64,000 nt of DNA, from contig NC_087436.1 in assembly GCF_036321535.1 (NCBI RefSeq), forward strand, positions 15,128,001 through 15,192,000. Reading direction: 5' to 3'. Below the pieces are notes generated by a model that worked only from the letters and a program-made list of their open reading frames with translations, did not search any database and was not told the origin of the DNA. Origin of the DNA: Camelus dromedarius. Its lineage: Eukaryota. Position 1 is the first letter of the stretch, and each line of letters starts with the position of its first letter. The translations under genes and the position numbers were made by a program. Positions 39,480-50,680 of this stretch are shown piece after piece.

Positions 39480-39860
39480 TTTTACTTTTTTAAAATTTTT
39501 GTACAATTTTTAAAGGTTACACTCCATTTACAGTTATTAAAAATATTGGTTCTATTGCCCGTGTTGTACAGTACATCCTTGAGGCTGTCTTACACCCAAT
39601 AATTTGTACCTCCCACTCCCCCACCCCTGTAGTGCCCCTCCCCACACTCTCTGGTAATCACTAGTTTGTCCCCTATATCTGTAAGTCTGCTTTTTTGTTA
39701 TATTCACTAGTTTGTTATCTTTTCTAGATTTCACATATAAGTCATATTGTACAGTATTTGTCTTTCTCTGTCTGACTTGTTTCACACAGCATAATGCCCT
39801 CCAAGTCTGTGTTGCTGCAAATGGCAAAATTTTGTTCTTTTTAACGGCTGATTAGTACTC
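39480..39860 (-). mobile_element. L1 3' fragment
   Basis: taaaggttacactccatttacagttatt...tagatttcacatataag...ttgctgcaaatggcaaaattt. Confidence 0.88.
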
Positions 39861-40204
39861 AAATGAACCTATTTTTTAAAATAATAAATTAATTTTTTTT
39901 TAATTTTAAATGCTGAAAAGGACTAGAAGGATCCTGAAGTCAGTTCTTAATATCCTTCAAATTAAAAGGGGGCCAGAGCCAGGGTACAAATGAAAGTTCC
40001 AGCGCAAATGATTCAAATTCTCTTAAATTCATTTTCACCATCACTTTGTTCTGTGTCCCAGCTTTGCAATATCTGCTAATCTGGAGATCTGAATTTCTGT
40101 CATGCTACTATTTGCAACCTACAAATGAACTGACAGATTCAGTGATTCACAGAGCTCCTTTCATCAGCTAGAGGCCCTCTTATAAAATGTGCCTGGGAAG
40201 GACA

Positions 40205-40257
40205 GAAGGAAGGAAGGAAGGAGGGAGGGAAGGAAGGAAGGAAGAAAGGAAGGAAGA
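40205..40257. repeat. (GGAA)n/(GGGA)n purine microsatellite
   Basis: Directly visible. Confidence 0.95.
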
Positions 40258-40417
40258 CAAGCATGCAACAGAGACCATATGTGGGCCCCAAAGCCTGGAA
40301 TAGTTACCATCTGAGCCTCTATGGACCAATCTGCCAACCCCTGGTTTTAGAACAAACATGAGGGTAAATAATACCTTAGACGTCCAGGCTCTGAAAGAAA
40401 CCAGATAGCAGACAGAG

Positions 40418-40950
40418 GTATCAATTGGCTATTTTTACAATAATGCTGTGTAACACATCATCCCAAATTTCCATGGCTTGAAATAGCAATATCATAGTTT
40501 ATCCATCTGACAGTGGGCTGGCTCAACTGCAGCAGCTCTGTTGAACTTGGCTGCACCCACTCACCCATTGTGGTGTGGTGGGGTGAGCGAAGAGTCAAGG
40601 TTAGGCTGGGACAGTCCAGTCTACACTGCAAGTCCGCAGGTCTGGACCTCGACTGCGGTCTCTCAACTTCCTTAGACCAGGGGCCTGGCCAGGACATACT
40701 TTTCTCAGGGCAGTGAGGGAACTCGAAAGAGAGTTCTGAAATGTGCAGCAGCTCTTACGAGCCTCAACTGGGAACTCATACACTGTCACTTACTTCCCCA
40801 GCCCCTGCCATCAGTCAAAGCAAGCCACGCGGCCCCACCCAAAGCAAAGCAGCAGGGAGATAATCTACTCCCCTAGAGGAGCTGCCTAGTCTCACAGCAA
40901 AGATGTGAATAAGGGAAGGATGAGAACTGGGGCCAATAATGCAGACTGAA
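40418..40950 (-). mobile_element. MaLR LTR (MLT1F-like)
   Basis: tatcaattggctatt...gctgtgtaaca...cccaaa...catggcttgaaa...gtcaaagcaagccacgcggcc...gaactggggccaataatgca. Confidence 0.75.
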
Positions 40951-41465
40951 ACTCAGTTCACTACATACTGAGCCCCAACACGTGCCAGGCACTCTTCTGG
41001 TTCCGGGGATCTATCAACAAACAAGACTATCGAAACTCCGCGGGAGCTTAGTCCTAGTGTGGTATGGAAGGGAGCTAATATTCAGTACTATAAGCTTCTT
41101 GTCCATTTTGTTTTGTTTCACTGGAGGATGAGCCTTTTGGCATGTCTGCTCCTGGGCCAGGAATCATCAAGGCGTGGCCAGCTTTGTGTCCCCCGGCCCC
41201 GGGCTCACTAATAAGGGAGGGAAGGAGGCATCTTCTCTCTTTTCTGGGAATCATTGAATCTCCGTCAATTCATCGGCAGATTGCAAGGAGTGAAATGACA
41301 GAAATTCAGATCTTCAGATTAGCAGACGAGGCAAAGCTGGGACGCAGAACAAATGACAAGTGACAGTGGAACTGGGTTTGGGAGAATTTGAATCATCTAG
41401 GCGAGAGAGCCAGCAGATGGCATTTGCCTGCTCAGTGTAGAAAATGGGTCACGGCTCCCAGGCCC

Positions 41466-41501
41466 GAGCCCTACACAGCCTCGGAGCCCTACACAGCCTC
41501 G
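41466..41501. repeat. Perfect 18-bp tandem duplication
   Basis: gagccctacacagcctcg twice. Confidence 0.97.
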
Positions 41502-42153
41502 GAGACCTGCAACAGGGGCAGAGCCTTCCAGCCACAGGCGGGTCACAGAAGAACTCCAGTGGATTTATGGGGCGCCGAGGTGCTGACATATGGGGGGCCT
41601 GTGCTCACGGCAGGATGGCAAACCAAGCTCAGGAGGGTGTGGTCTGTGCTCAGTGAGGTTCCTGACCTTGGTCCCCCCTGCGTAGATGGAGGGCCCCCAC
41701 CACATGGCAGAGGAGCCTTCATGAGGGTGGCCAGAGGGCACAGTGCTGCTGCGACCACGGTGCCTGAAAGCAGGGGCCTGCAGAGGACCTGGATGGACTG
41801 TGCCAAGGTGGCCCTGGGTCCCCATGACAGCCTGGAACAGGGAACCAGCAGCCTTCATCCCAGCTGAGCTCTGCTTCCTGAAAAAGCCTCCCTGACCTTG
41901 TTCCTTGATCTGTGATGTCGGCATTATACCTGCCCGACTTATGTCACAGGATTGTAGTGAGCTTGGAAAAAATAGCAAGTGTAAAAAAAAAATTAACAAT
42001 AAATAAGCCTGACTCAGGGAAGATGGGTAGGATTTGGTCTTGTCTTGAGCAAGGCCATGCCACTCTGTGTTTGGGGAATGCACAAGGATAAAGACATTCT
42101 CAGAACCACGCCAGAGATTGTCTCCAAGGTTGAAGTAAGACAAGATTCACTGT

Positions 42154-42919
42154 GAGGAAAAAGAAACTGAAAAATGGGTTTCCAAGCTCAGAGTGAACAT
42201 TTCAGAGGCCCCACTTCTCCCAGGAGGGTAATAAGTGTAGGAAATAAATTACGGTTGAAGATGATTGAGGCAGAGTATGAATTAGTCCTAAAGACACCTA
42301 CATACCTTTCAAATGAAAGGGAATAGAGAGATTAAGAAAGAAGTCAAGGAAGGGCAGTGAGAAAGGGGGCAAGGATGCCTCAGGTCAATGTTGAAAAACA
42401 AACATGTTCTTTACCCAAATGGTTGTGATCTCAGGTGTGGGGTTGGCACAGGCAGGTGAGTCCCCAGTCCAACTCTCTCTCCCTCTGACCTGTCAGTGGT
42501 GGTCTCAGAGATGCCTGCCGTTGGAAAGGAGTCAACAAGCATCTCCTAATGGTACCTCGGCTCCCCATGGACCATCCCCTGTCTCTATAACTTTTATTTC
42601 AAGCTCCTTTCTCTCCGGGACCTGCAGGGCACCAAGAGAGGAGGGGTGGGTATCATAGCGAGGTGGAAACAACTTTGCACATCATTGACCTGAGGCATCC
42701 TTGCCCCCTTTCTCTCTGCCCTTCCTTGACTTCTTTCTTAATCTCTCTATTCCCTTTCATTTGAAAGGTATGTAGGTGTCTTTAGGACTAATTCATACTC
42801 TGCCTCAATCATCTTCAACCGTAATTTATTTCCTACACTTATTACCCTCCTGGGAGAAGTGGGGCCTCTGAAATGTTCACTCTGAGCTTGGAAACCCATT
42901 TTTCAGTTTCTTTTTCCTC
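42154..42919. repeat. Long inverted repeat with 237-bp arms (42154-42390 and 42683-42919) and a 292-bp spacer
   Basis: Base-by-base reverse complement comparison gives 236/237 identity, with the single mismatch at 42358/42715. Confidence 0.97.
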
Positions 42920-42921
42920 CA

Positions 42922-42969
42922 GCCTCCAGCCCCAACATGTTTGTTTTTCAACATGTTGGGGCTGGAGGC
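42922..42969. repeat. Perfect 20-bp stem / 8-nt loop hairpin
   Basis: gcctccagccccaacatgtt (42922-42941) and aacatgttggggctggaggc (42950-42969). Confidence 0.97.
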
Positions 42970-43544
42970 AACAACAACAACAATGAAATTTATGTGATCC
43001 ATGAATGCACAGAACTGGGTAGCAAAACCAGATACATCATCTCTCTTGATAAAGCAAACTCACCAACTGCCACCCGGTAAGTATGAGGAGTATTGGTCTC
43101 CACCTGGATGCACCCTCCCCTCCTCAGAATGAAGTGTCTGGATGCCTCTGAGAATTATGCAAATACAGGCAGTATTTATACATCCGGGTGATTCATCAAG
43201 GATCAGAAGGTGCCTCCAGGCATGAATTACAAGGCCTCTAAAAGCAATGACTCTTTTATAGGGTTTTAGATTATGGTGATTTTCCATAAATCCTGCCCAA
43301 GTCACACGACAGGCCAAGAGCAATTAACATTAATTAAACAATCCCCATAAAGAGGTTGTTGTGCTGACACGCTGATAACCTGTAAATGCACTTAGCCCGC
43401 GAACATTCTCGAGGGCTTGCCTGCCATGGCACCACGAGCAATGGGCCGGCTCCTCCTGCCCCAGTGACAGCACGCACCTGAGTGTAACAGCTCAGCTGGA
43501 ACACACTGGAACCCGGCCCCGGGGACCACCGTCCTTCAAGCTGA

Positions 43545-43635
43545 ACCACCTGGGTGGGGATCCTGTTAAAATGAGATTCTGATTCAGCCGCTCTGGGGTG
43601 GAGCCTGAGAGTCTGTATTTCTAACAAGCTCTGCC
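43545..43635. mobile_element. MER5-type MITE fragment
   Basis: tgttaaaatgagattctgattcag...tctggggtggagcctgagagtctgtatttctaacaagctc. Confidence 0.8.
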
Positions 43636-44287
43636 TCAGACCTCGCTTGGAGAAGCGACATCTTACAGACACCCTCCAATAGTCCCGAGGTGGGGTGACC
43701 CGGGTCAAGGGCAGTAAGAGCAAGCCAAGCCATCTAGTGCACTCCTAATATGCGGCCTTTCTGACCTGCTTTGCTAACCCCCAGGGAACCACGGACAGCG
43801 AGAAATAAGCACACAGCATATCACACAGACGTGGAAGTTAACCTCGAAGTCATCCCAGATGCTGAAGCCTCATCTTCTATTGAAAGGAGCAGAGATTTAA
43901 AAAAAAAACAAAAAACAAAAACAAAAAACACCCAGCCTCTGGGAAGGATGAGTTCAGGAGCATTTCCACCCTGGGGTTCTCTGTATCCCGCACCCGCCTT
44001 GCACCCAAAGATGCCGCAGTCTACCAGTATGATGTGCGGCTTCCCCAGAGATGGAAGGATCCGGAACCAGGTGAACCTCTCCGTGTTGCCGAGAATCCCT
44101 GCCGCTAGGCACAGCCTTTCTGTCTGACTTGACACCACAGGGCACGAGGGAGGAACTGGATTTAAAGGCTGGCACATGGATGACACTGAGGGTGGGGTGG
44201 GGAGGGGCACGGAGGGCAGGGCATCAGCTGGGGCGGGAGGAACGTGAGCAGTGGGGGCAGTAGGCAATCAGCAAAAGGCAGAGATTA

Positions 44288-44452
44288 AAACAAGTTCATA
44301 CTGTACAGCACAGGGAACTATATTCGATATCTTGTAGTAGCTTAAGGTGAAAAAGAATATGAAAACGAATACATGTATACCTCATGTATGACTGAGCATC
44401 GTGCTGTACACCAGAAATTGATACAACATTGTAAACTGACATACTTCAATTT

Positions 44453-44485
<33 letters not shown>
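44288..44485 (+). mobile_element. Short L1 3' end whose tail is a (CA)n microsatellite
   Basis: cagcacagggaactatattc...gctgtacaccagaaattgatacaacattgtaaactgac, followed by (CA)n at ~44455-44485. Confidence 0.92.
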
Positions 44486-44486
<1 letters not shown>

Positions 44487-44492
44487 GGTCAA

Positions 44493-44636
44493 GGGGGAGG
44501 GTATAGCTCAAGTGGTAGAGTGCATGCTTAGCATGCATGAAGCCCTGGGTTCAGTCCCCAGTATCTCCTCTAAAAATAAATAAACAAATCTAATTACTTC
44601 CCCACCCCCACCCCCCCAAAAAGAAAAAAACAAAAC
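44493..44636 (+). mobile_element. tRNA-derived SINE (vic-1-like)
   Basis: gggggagggtatagctcaagtggtagagtgcatgcttagcatgcatgaagccctgggttcagtcccc plus tail. Confidence 0.93.
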
Positions 44637-45966
44637 AGGCTGAGAAGCTTTGGCAGAAATGGACTGATCCTGGAGTGGTGACGGCCACAAGGAATCGGCC
44701 AGCAAGAAGAGGGAGCCCTGGGTCAGGGCTGAGGCAGAAAAGTCAGAGAAAATAGTACAGAAACAGGAGAGGGAAGTTGGGAGGATCCAGCCCCCCCAAT
44801 TCTGGGAGCAGATGTGAGGTTTGCAGCAGCCCTATAAAATTGTAGACCAGCCGGTCATAAAATTATATTATGATATTATAACGACATGGCTGCAGAGAGC
44901 ACCAATAACCATGTGTTGCCTGTGGCCGGTTTCTGTTTTAATTCCATCATGATATGATTGAAATTTAAGTGTACACAAGGCCACAGAAAGGGGCCTGTGC
45001 ACTTAAATTAACCTCGTAGCCATTTCCTGACCCCAAATAAAGCCAAGCATGAAAAAAGAAAATGCGGAAGGAAAAGGGAAACATTCCCTTGAGTGGATGA
45101 GAGCGTAACAGAAAGTCACAAGAGCTGTCAGGGGAGAGCCCACCGGGGACACCTCCTTTACACAGAGAGCTCTTGGATTCCTTAGAGACTGGAGTCATCC
45201 AACCAAGAAATTTGCCCTTGAGTCTGTGGCCTTTCCTTTCTCTTCTCTCTGACACCCTTCCTCTGTAGCATTTTCATTGCAACTCAAGCCAAGTTGGCTA
45301 TTTATAGAGTAGGAACAATTTTACCACAGGGTGTGGTGTTTAATTTGAAGAGACTTCACGGGGTGAGGGGCAGATGGCTGAGCAAGCCGTGCCTCTCAGT
45401 GACCTTGACAGGGGCACCCAAGCCCACGGACTCATCCTGAATTTCACAGACCCAGAAATGTGATCTGATGACTGAATCCTGGGTTGATCAAGCTCTGCGG
45501 AAGAAAGGATAACTTGATAAGCCAAGTGCCTGCTTTGTTCATTTCTAGTGGACCTCTGGCTGGTTTGCAAAGTGAGACCAGTTCAGATGGTCCTTTCTAG
45601 AAAAATTGTTCGAGAGACTCACAACATCACTTGGATTTGGGAGATCCCAAATAGTTTTAGGGGGGGCACAATTCAACCTAGAAGAGTTATGCTATAGTGT
45701 GATTCAATTAAACACGAAGCTTCAGTTCAGCATTTGCTGCTACCTGCCATGGAGGCAGGCTGTGAGGTAGGGGAAGGCCATACCCTGTCCTCAAAAATCC
45801 TACCATTTATTAGAGGCAAATATATGAGTAATTTACCTGGCTTTTCCCCTCTGGCTGCAGGAGAAAGTTCAAAATGTACTGATGCCCAGACTCTACCCCT
45901 CACCAGTGAAGTCAGAACCCCTGAGATGGGGCCAGACATAGTAGTATATTTTAATAGTTCCCCAGG

Positions 45967-46337
45967 GGTGCTGATTAATTTTATTTATTAACATGACTGG
46001 GCCACCAAGCACCTGGATAGTTGATCAAACATCATTCTGCTATTTCTGTATTTTTTGAATAAAACAAAAAGGCTGTTCCTCCTCTGAATAAGAGGGAATT
46101 CCTCCAGCCGGGTAGCCTTTAAGCTGAGACATTATTTTTTGTTTTTTTGTTTTTTGAACTTGAACTGAAGCATCAGCTCTTTCTGGGTCTTTAATCTGCT
46201 GACCTTCAGATTGGAACTACACCATTGGCGCCCGCTGGGTCTCCAGCTTGTTAACCGCAGATCTTGGGACTGGTCGGGCTCTATAATTGTGTGAGTGAAT
46301 TTCTTACTTTATATATACATATAGCTCCTTTGGAGAA
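45967..46337 (+). mobile_element. MLT2-type ERVL LTR nested in a MER5-type MITE
   Basis: gattaatttt...catgactgggcca...tcaaacatcattctg...gcagatcttgggact. MER5 halves lie at ~45880-45966 and ~46338-46380, with ccagg on both sides. Confidence 0.8.
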
Positions 46338-46384
46338 CCAGGTGATTCTAACATGCAGCCAGCATCAAGAACCACTGACCTGTA

Positions 46385-47680
46385 AATAGCAGACAAGGGA
46401 GTGATTAATTCTGCCCGGGGAGGAGGCGTCACAAAAGCCATCACATTTGAGCTGGGTCAGAAAACATGTAGTGTTTGCCTTGCCAAGCAGATGCGGGCAG
46501 AAGAAAGAGTATTAGCAAGGGAAGCAAGGAAGGGAGGGTGGGGGAGAGGAGGGGTTATTGGAAATGGAGCTAAAATGAAAGGGTTGGGACCTGAGTCTGA
46601 CCTCCTGCAAATGCCATGGCTAAATAGTACAGAGAGTATTGGAAAGCGTCGCACGAGGGAGTGACGTGCCATTTCTGCATTGTACAAAGATGCACCTGGA
46701 AGCTGCATAGAAAAGGGGTGGAAAGACTGAAAGTCCGGGGACCAGTTAGGACATCAGTGGAAAAGCCCACTGTGCACTGAATGTGTCCCCTCTAATTCGT
46801 ATGTTGAAACCCTATCCGCCAAAGGGCTTATATTAGGAGGTGGGGCCTTTGGGAGGTAATTAGGTTTAGATGAGTTCATGAGGGTGGAGCCTCTAGGATG
46901 GAACGAGTACCCATGTGAGTAGAAGAAAAGACACCAGAGTGCTCTCTCCACCATGTAAGGATGCAGCAAGGAGAAAGCCATCTGTAAGCCAGGAAGGGGC
47001 CCTCACCAAGAACCAAATCCGCTGGTACCTTCATCTTGGGCTTCCTAACCTCTGAAACTATAATAAATAAATGTCTGTTGTTTAAGCCACCCAATCATTG
47101 GTATTTTGTTGTAGCAGCCCAAGCTAACTAAGAAAAAGCCCAAGCAAGAGATGGTGTGACCCTGGACTAGAGAGAAACAGAGGGGTTTTTTGGTATGTTT
47201 TAGAGTTTGAGTCAACAGGATTTTGGTAACCAGGCTTGGGAAATGAGGAGGCGGTGTCACAGATAACTTCAACGTTCCGAACATGGCTAACTGAAGGGAT
47301 AGTGCTGTTAAGACTGGGAGACAGGAGGAGAAACAGATTTTGTGGAGGATACAATGAATCCACTTAAATTTGAAGTGCCATAGGGCCTTCGCATGGAGAT
47401 GTCCAGTGAGCTGATAAAAACAGACGTCCAGCCCTCAAAAAAAGGGATTGCACTCTTTATAGATAAAATGTGAGGAATAATCAGAAAAACAGAATTGATA
47501 ACAGAATTCATGGGCGTGGGTAAGATTAGCCAGGAAAACTATGGAAAGGGCTGAAAACAGAAACCTGGATATATAGCTGATTAGGGGATGAACGAGGCAG
47601 GGGAAATTATCAAAGAAGCTAAAAATTAGTAATTAGTAAAGTAAAAGAAAAACTGATGAGGATGGAGTCATGGAAGCCTT
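46385..47680 (-). mobile_element. L2 (interrupted by the MLT1A-like LTR)
   Basis: Purine-rich antisense L2 motifs on both sides (gaccagttagga, gagtcaacagga, tttgaagtgcc...tggagatgtccagt, atggagtcatggaagcc). Confidence 0.7.
46768..47135 (+). mobile_element. MLT1A-like MaLR solo LTR nested in antisense L2
   Basis: actgaatgtgtcccc...tatgttgaaaccct...aataaatgtctgttgtttaagccaccca...gtagcagccc. 5-bp TSD aagcc (46763-46767 / 47136-47140). Confidence 0.9.
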
Positions 47681-48909
47681 CTGAGCACAGATCCAATCAG
47701 TAGACAGAAATCACATTCGAAATAGGAGATTGAATAGAAAGAACTACAAAGCAATGATGGGAGAGTAGCTATAAAGATAGAGAACTCTAAAGTTTACCCT
47801 AAAAACTGAGGGAGACTACGCAGGGTGGGATAAACTTAGAAGCAGAATTCAGAACTTATTGAAAAATATGGAGGCAAGAATGTATACTCTTCCCATGGAG
47901 GTCAAGGGGAAAAATTTAATCTTTGCCAAATAACAATCGAACCTGAAACAAAATGAATGATTGTCAAGTAACTAGAAGGAAACCAGAGAAGGAAAGAGAT
48001 ACCCTTGGCCAGCCCTGGGATAAGTAATGAGAGATAATGCTTTAGCAAATTCATTTTAAAACAACTATGAATGTATTATGGAGAAGGGAAAATTAGCATA
48101 AATGTTAAAGATTAAAAAGAGATATCAAATAAACCTGTTTGCAGGTACATTTAGAACTAGAAAGGAGCCCAGGCATGCGTTCTTCCCCTCTGCCGTTAGG
48201 GGCGCTGTGTTGGGAGAGTCTGAGCTCGTTCCAGGCACTTTAGAAAGCAGACCCGTTTACATGACGAAGTCCTCAGAGACCTCAGCTGAGCAAACTACCC
48301 CTAGAATCTAAATTCCAATCCAGGGATTTAAAGCAACAATGGTAGTTAGGTGATTTTTTGTTTTCTTTGAGAAAAAGTAAAATCGGGGCGGAAACTTGGC
48401 ATTTAGCAAGATTCATGGATCTTAATGCTTCCCAGGATTCCTTTTATTTCTTTAAAGAGAAATTATTCAGTTTCACAAAACACTTTCTTCTATTAAAAGC
48501 CTATAAAGCAAAAGAAACATTCTTTCACTGGCTGATGAGACTTCAAACCAGTGGCTGTCTGGTCTTCACATCGAGTCTTCCCAGTGACTCTTTGATCAGT
48601 AGTGACCTAGTACACTTTGTCTAAAAATAGAACAGAATCTCATTCTCTCAGGTCTTCTCATTGAAAATTGGACCCTACCTTTTCAAGGCTTTTTTCTCTA
48701 CAAAGCAATTATGGTTCCTTATCTTGTCACTTCTTTAGGAGAAAGCCCAGAATGTTCACGCAGCCCCTGTGGATGGGAATCAACAGCATGACAGTGTCCT
48801 CACTGGTTTTGGTGACATGGCTCTAAGATTCTCTTTCTTTCCCCGTCTCAGGGGCTCTGAAAGGGTTGCTAGAATGAATGTTCCTCCTCACCTCCCTTGA
48901 CGGTCCATT

Positions 48910-49435
48910 ACATTGATGGACCCAAAGAATACTCTTCCTGATACACACACGTCCTGGAATTCATGCCCTGTGAGCTTCCCTCCCACTGAATCCGGGCTAG
49001 GTCTGTGACTTGCTTCCACCAAGAGAATGCAGGGGAAGAGACGCTGCTCCTGTTTCAGGGCTAAGCCCTATGAAACCTGGAAACTCTTACTTCTGCATTC
49101 TTGGGAGCCCTGAAGTGCTGTGTAAGATGTCTGGCTTCTCTGCTGAAAAGATCATTAGGAAAAGGTGAGTCCCTGAGCCCTCAAGGACAGAGAGAGAAAG
49201 AGGGGGAGAGAGAGTTCAGAGAGAGAGAGACCCAGCCATGCCAGCATCCCAGCTGAGCCAGCCCAGAGCTGCCTGGTGAGCCGAAATGTAGTCATGTGAG
49301 TGACCATTGGTGAGACCAGCAAAATAACCACCTGGTCAAGCTCAGCCCTAATGGCAGAATCATAAGCAAGGAAAGTGGTTGTTTTTGGCCACTACATTGG
49401 GGGCATGGTTTGTTACACAGGAATGGACAGTCAAA
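48910..49435 (+). mobile_element. MaLR LTR (MLT1E/F-like)
   Basis: ccctcccactgaatccgggctaggtctgtgacttgc...gtggttgtttttggccacta...ggtttgttacacag. Confidence 0.8.
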
Positions 49436-49512
49436 AAGCAAAAATAATTACGATTCTATAGAACAGAGGTTGGCAAAGGTTGTGTGATATGCCAAGGCTC
49501 TGAGCCTTTTCC

Positions 49513-50020
49513 TTACAGAGGGGATAAAAGGTAAAATCACTAATTTGCCCCCAACCTATCCTTATATAAGTCCTATCTTTTTTATTCTGCATTTTTGATG
49601 CTGACCCCAGAAGGACTGCCCTTCCCTGGGATAGCCAATTCCTAGAGATAATAAAGGGCCCCACACTTTTCATATGCGAACCATCCTGTCCAGACCCCAT
49701 ACCTCAACCACCTCCTTTATAGGGTGTTTATATTCTGGGCCACTATTCACCCCAAGCCAGGTTCCAGACAACTAGGGACAGCCCCTGTGCCCCAGAGCTC
49801 TCTGAAATCATTCAAACTAGCTAATTCTAAGTCTACTTGCCCTGCCTTGCCTGTTCCTTCACACAGAAACCACAATAAAACTCTTGCCCAAGCTTCCCCA
49901 CCCCAGGTTAACCCTGGCCCTCCCCCATGTGGCCCCCATAGCATGGCGCGCCCCTCCTTTTGGGATCTCTGAGTATAACAGGCCGTCTTTTCAATGGCAG
50001 TCATCACCTGATTTGTTAGC
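49513..50020 (+). mobile_element. MER21/MER77-like LTR
   Basis: agccaattcctagagata...ccagacaactagggacagcccc...ttcaaactagctaat...aaaccacaataaa. Confidence 0.75.
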
Positions 50021-50189
50021 TTTGCTATGGCTAAATAATAATACAACGTATATAATACAACGATGGCTAGTGAATATAAATGAGATGGCAAAGAGGGCCA
50101 GTGTGACTGTCACAGGAGACTAAGAGGGACGAGGCGGAGGGGTTTGGGAAGGACACCTGATAACACTGTGCCATGAAAAATAAGAACTA

Positions 50190-50370
50190 CTGTTTTTTAA
50201 TGCTCCTCATTAATCCTCAAGATAACTCCAGAAGATGGGTTTTATTGTTCCCATTATCCAGAAGTGAAAATTAAAGCTTAGGTTAAATAATACATCACAA
50301 GTTTAGAGGCAGAACTAGGGATCAACCCAGTTTTGCTGGAATCCAAAACCAGAACTCTTCTCTCACACGG
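50190..50370 (-). mobile_element. MIR
   Basis: taatcctcaa...ttattgttcccatt...gcagaactagggatcaacccag. Confidence 0.65.
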
Positions 50371-50499
50371 TCCCAACAACCTTTGTTAGGCTCCCCATAG
50401 TTTTCCAAGCCTTCATACATGTTACATAATACCTTGGTAGGTTTTCTGTGTTGAATTTTTGAATAAATCAATTTTATCTTCTTTGATCATTCTTTTTAA

Positions 50500-50680
50500 A
50501 ATTTTTTTAAAATTGAAGTATAGTTGATTTACAATATTGTGTTAGCTTCAGGTAGACATCAAAGTGATTTGGCTACACTTACATGTATGTATCTTTTTTT
50601 GTTCTTTTCCATTATAGCTTATTGCAAGATATTGAATATAGTTCTCTTTGTGCTATACAGTAAATCCTTGTTATTTAAAC
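50500..50680 (-). mobile_element. Short L1 3' end
   Basis: attgaagtatagttgatttacaatattgtgttag...caagatattgaatatagttc...tgctatacagtaaatccttgtt. Confidence 0.9.

Noticed and set aside
41388..42143. Longest ORFs in the window (159 aa on +, 192 aa on -)
   Set aside because: They are overlapping ORFs in GC-rich sequence with non-ATG starts, partly running through a MIR and an 18-bp duplication, and show no recognisable domain.
42154..42919. Inverted repeat interpreted as a DNA transposon with long TIRs
   Set aside because: There is no TSD outside the arms and no transposase remnant. The junction copy points to local template switching instead.
42922..42969. Hairpin as a pre-miRNA or terminator
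   Set aside because: It is fully explained as a by-product of the inverted junction copy, and there is no expression evidence.
44493..44570. tRNA-like sequences with A and B boxes (also at 3.6, 4.65, 34.65, 36.25 and 61.7 kb)
   Set aside because: They are dispersed, diverged copies with tails and often TSDs, so they are SINE heads rather than tRNA genes.
48191..48210. CTCF-like motifs (also ~16400, ~43065 and ~63890)
   Set aside because: Each deviates from the core consensus in spacing or key bases and cannot be supported without PWM scoring or ChIP data.
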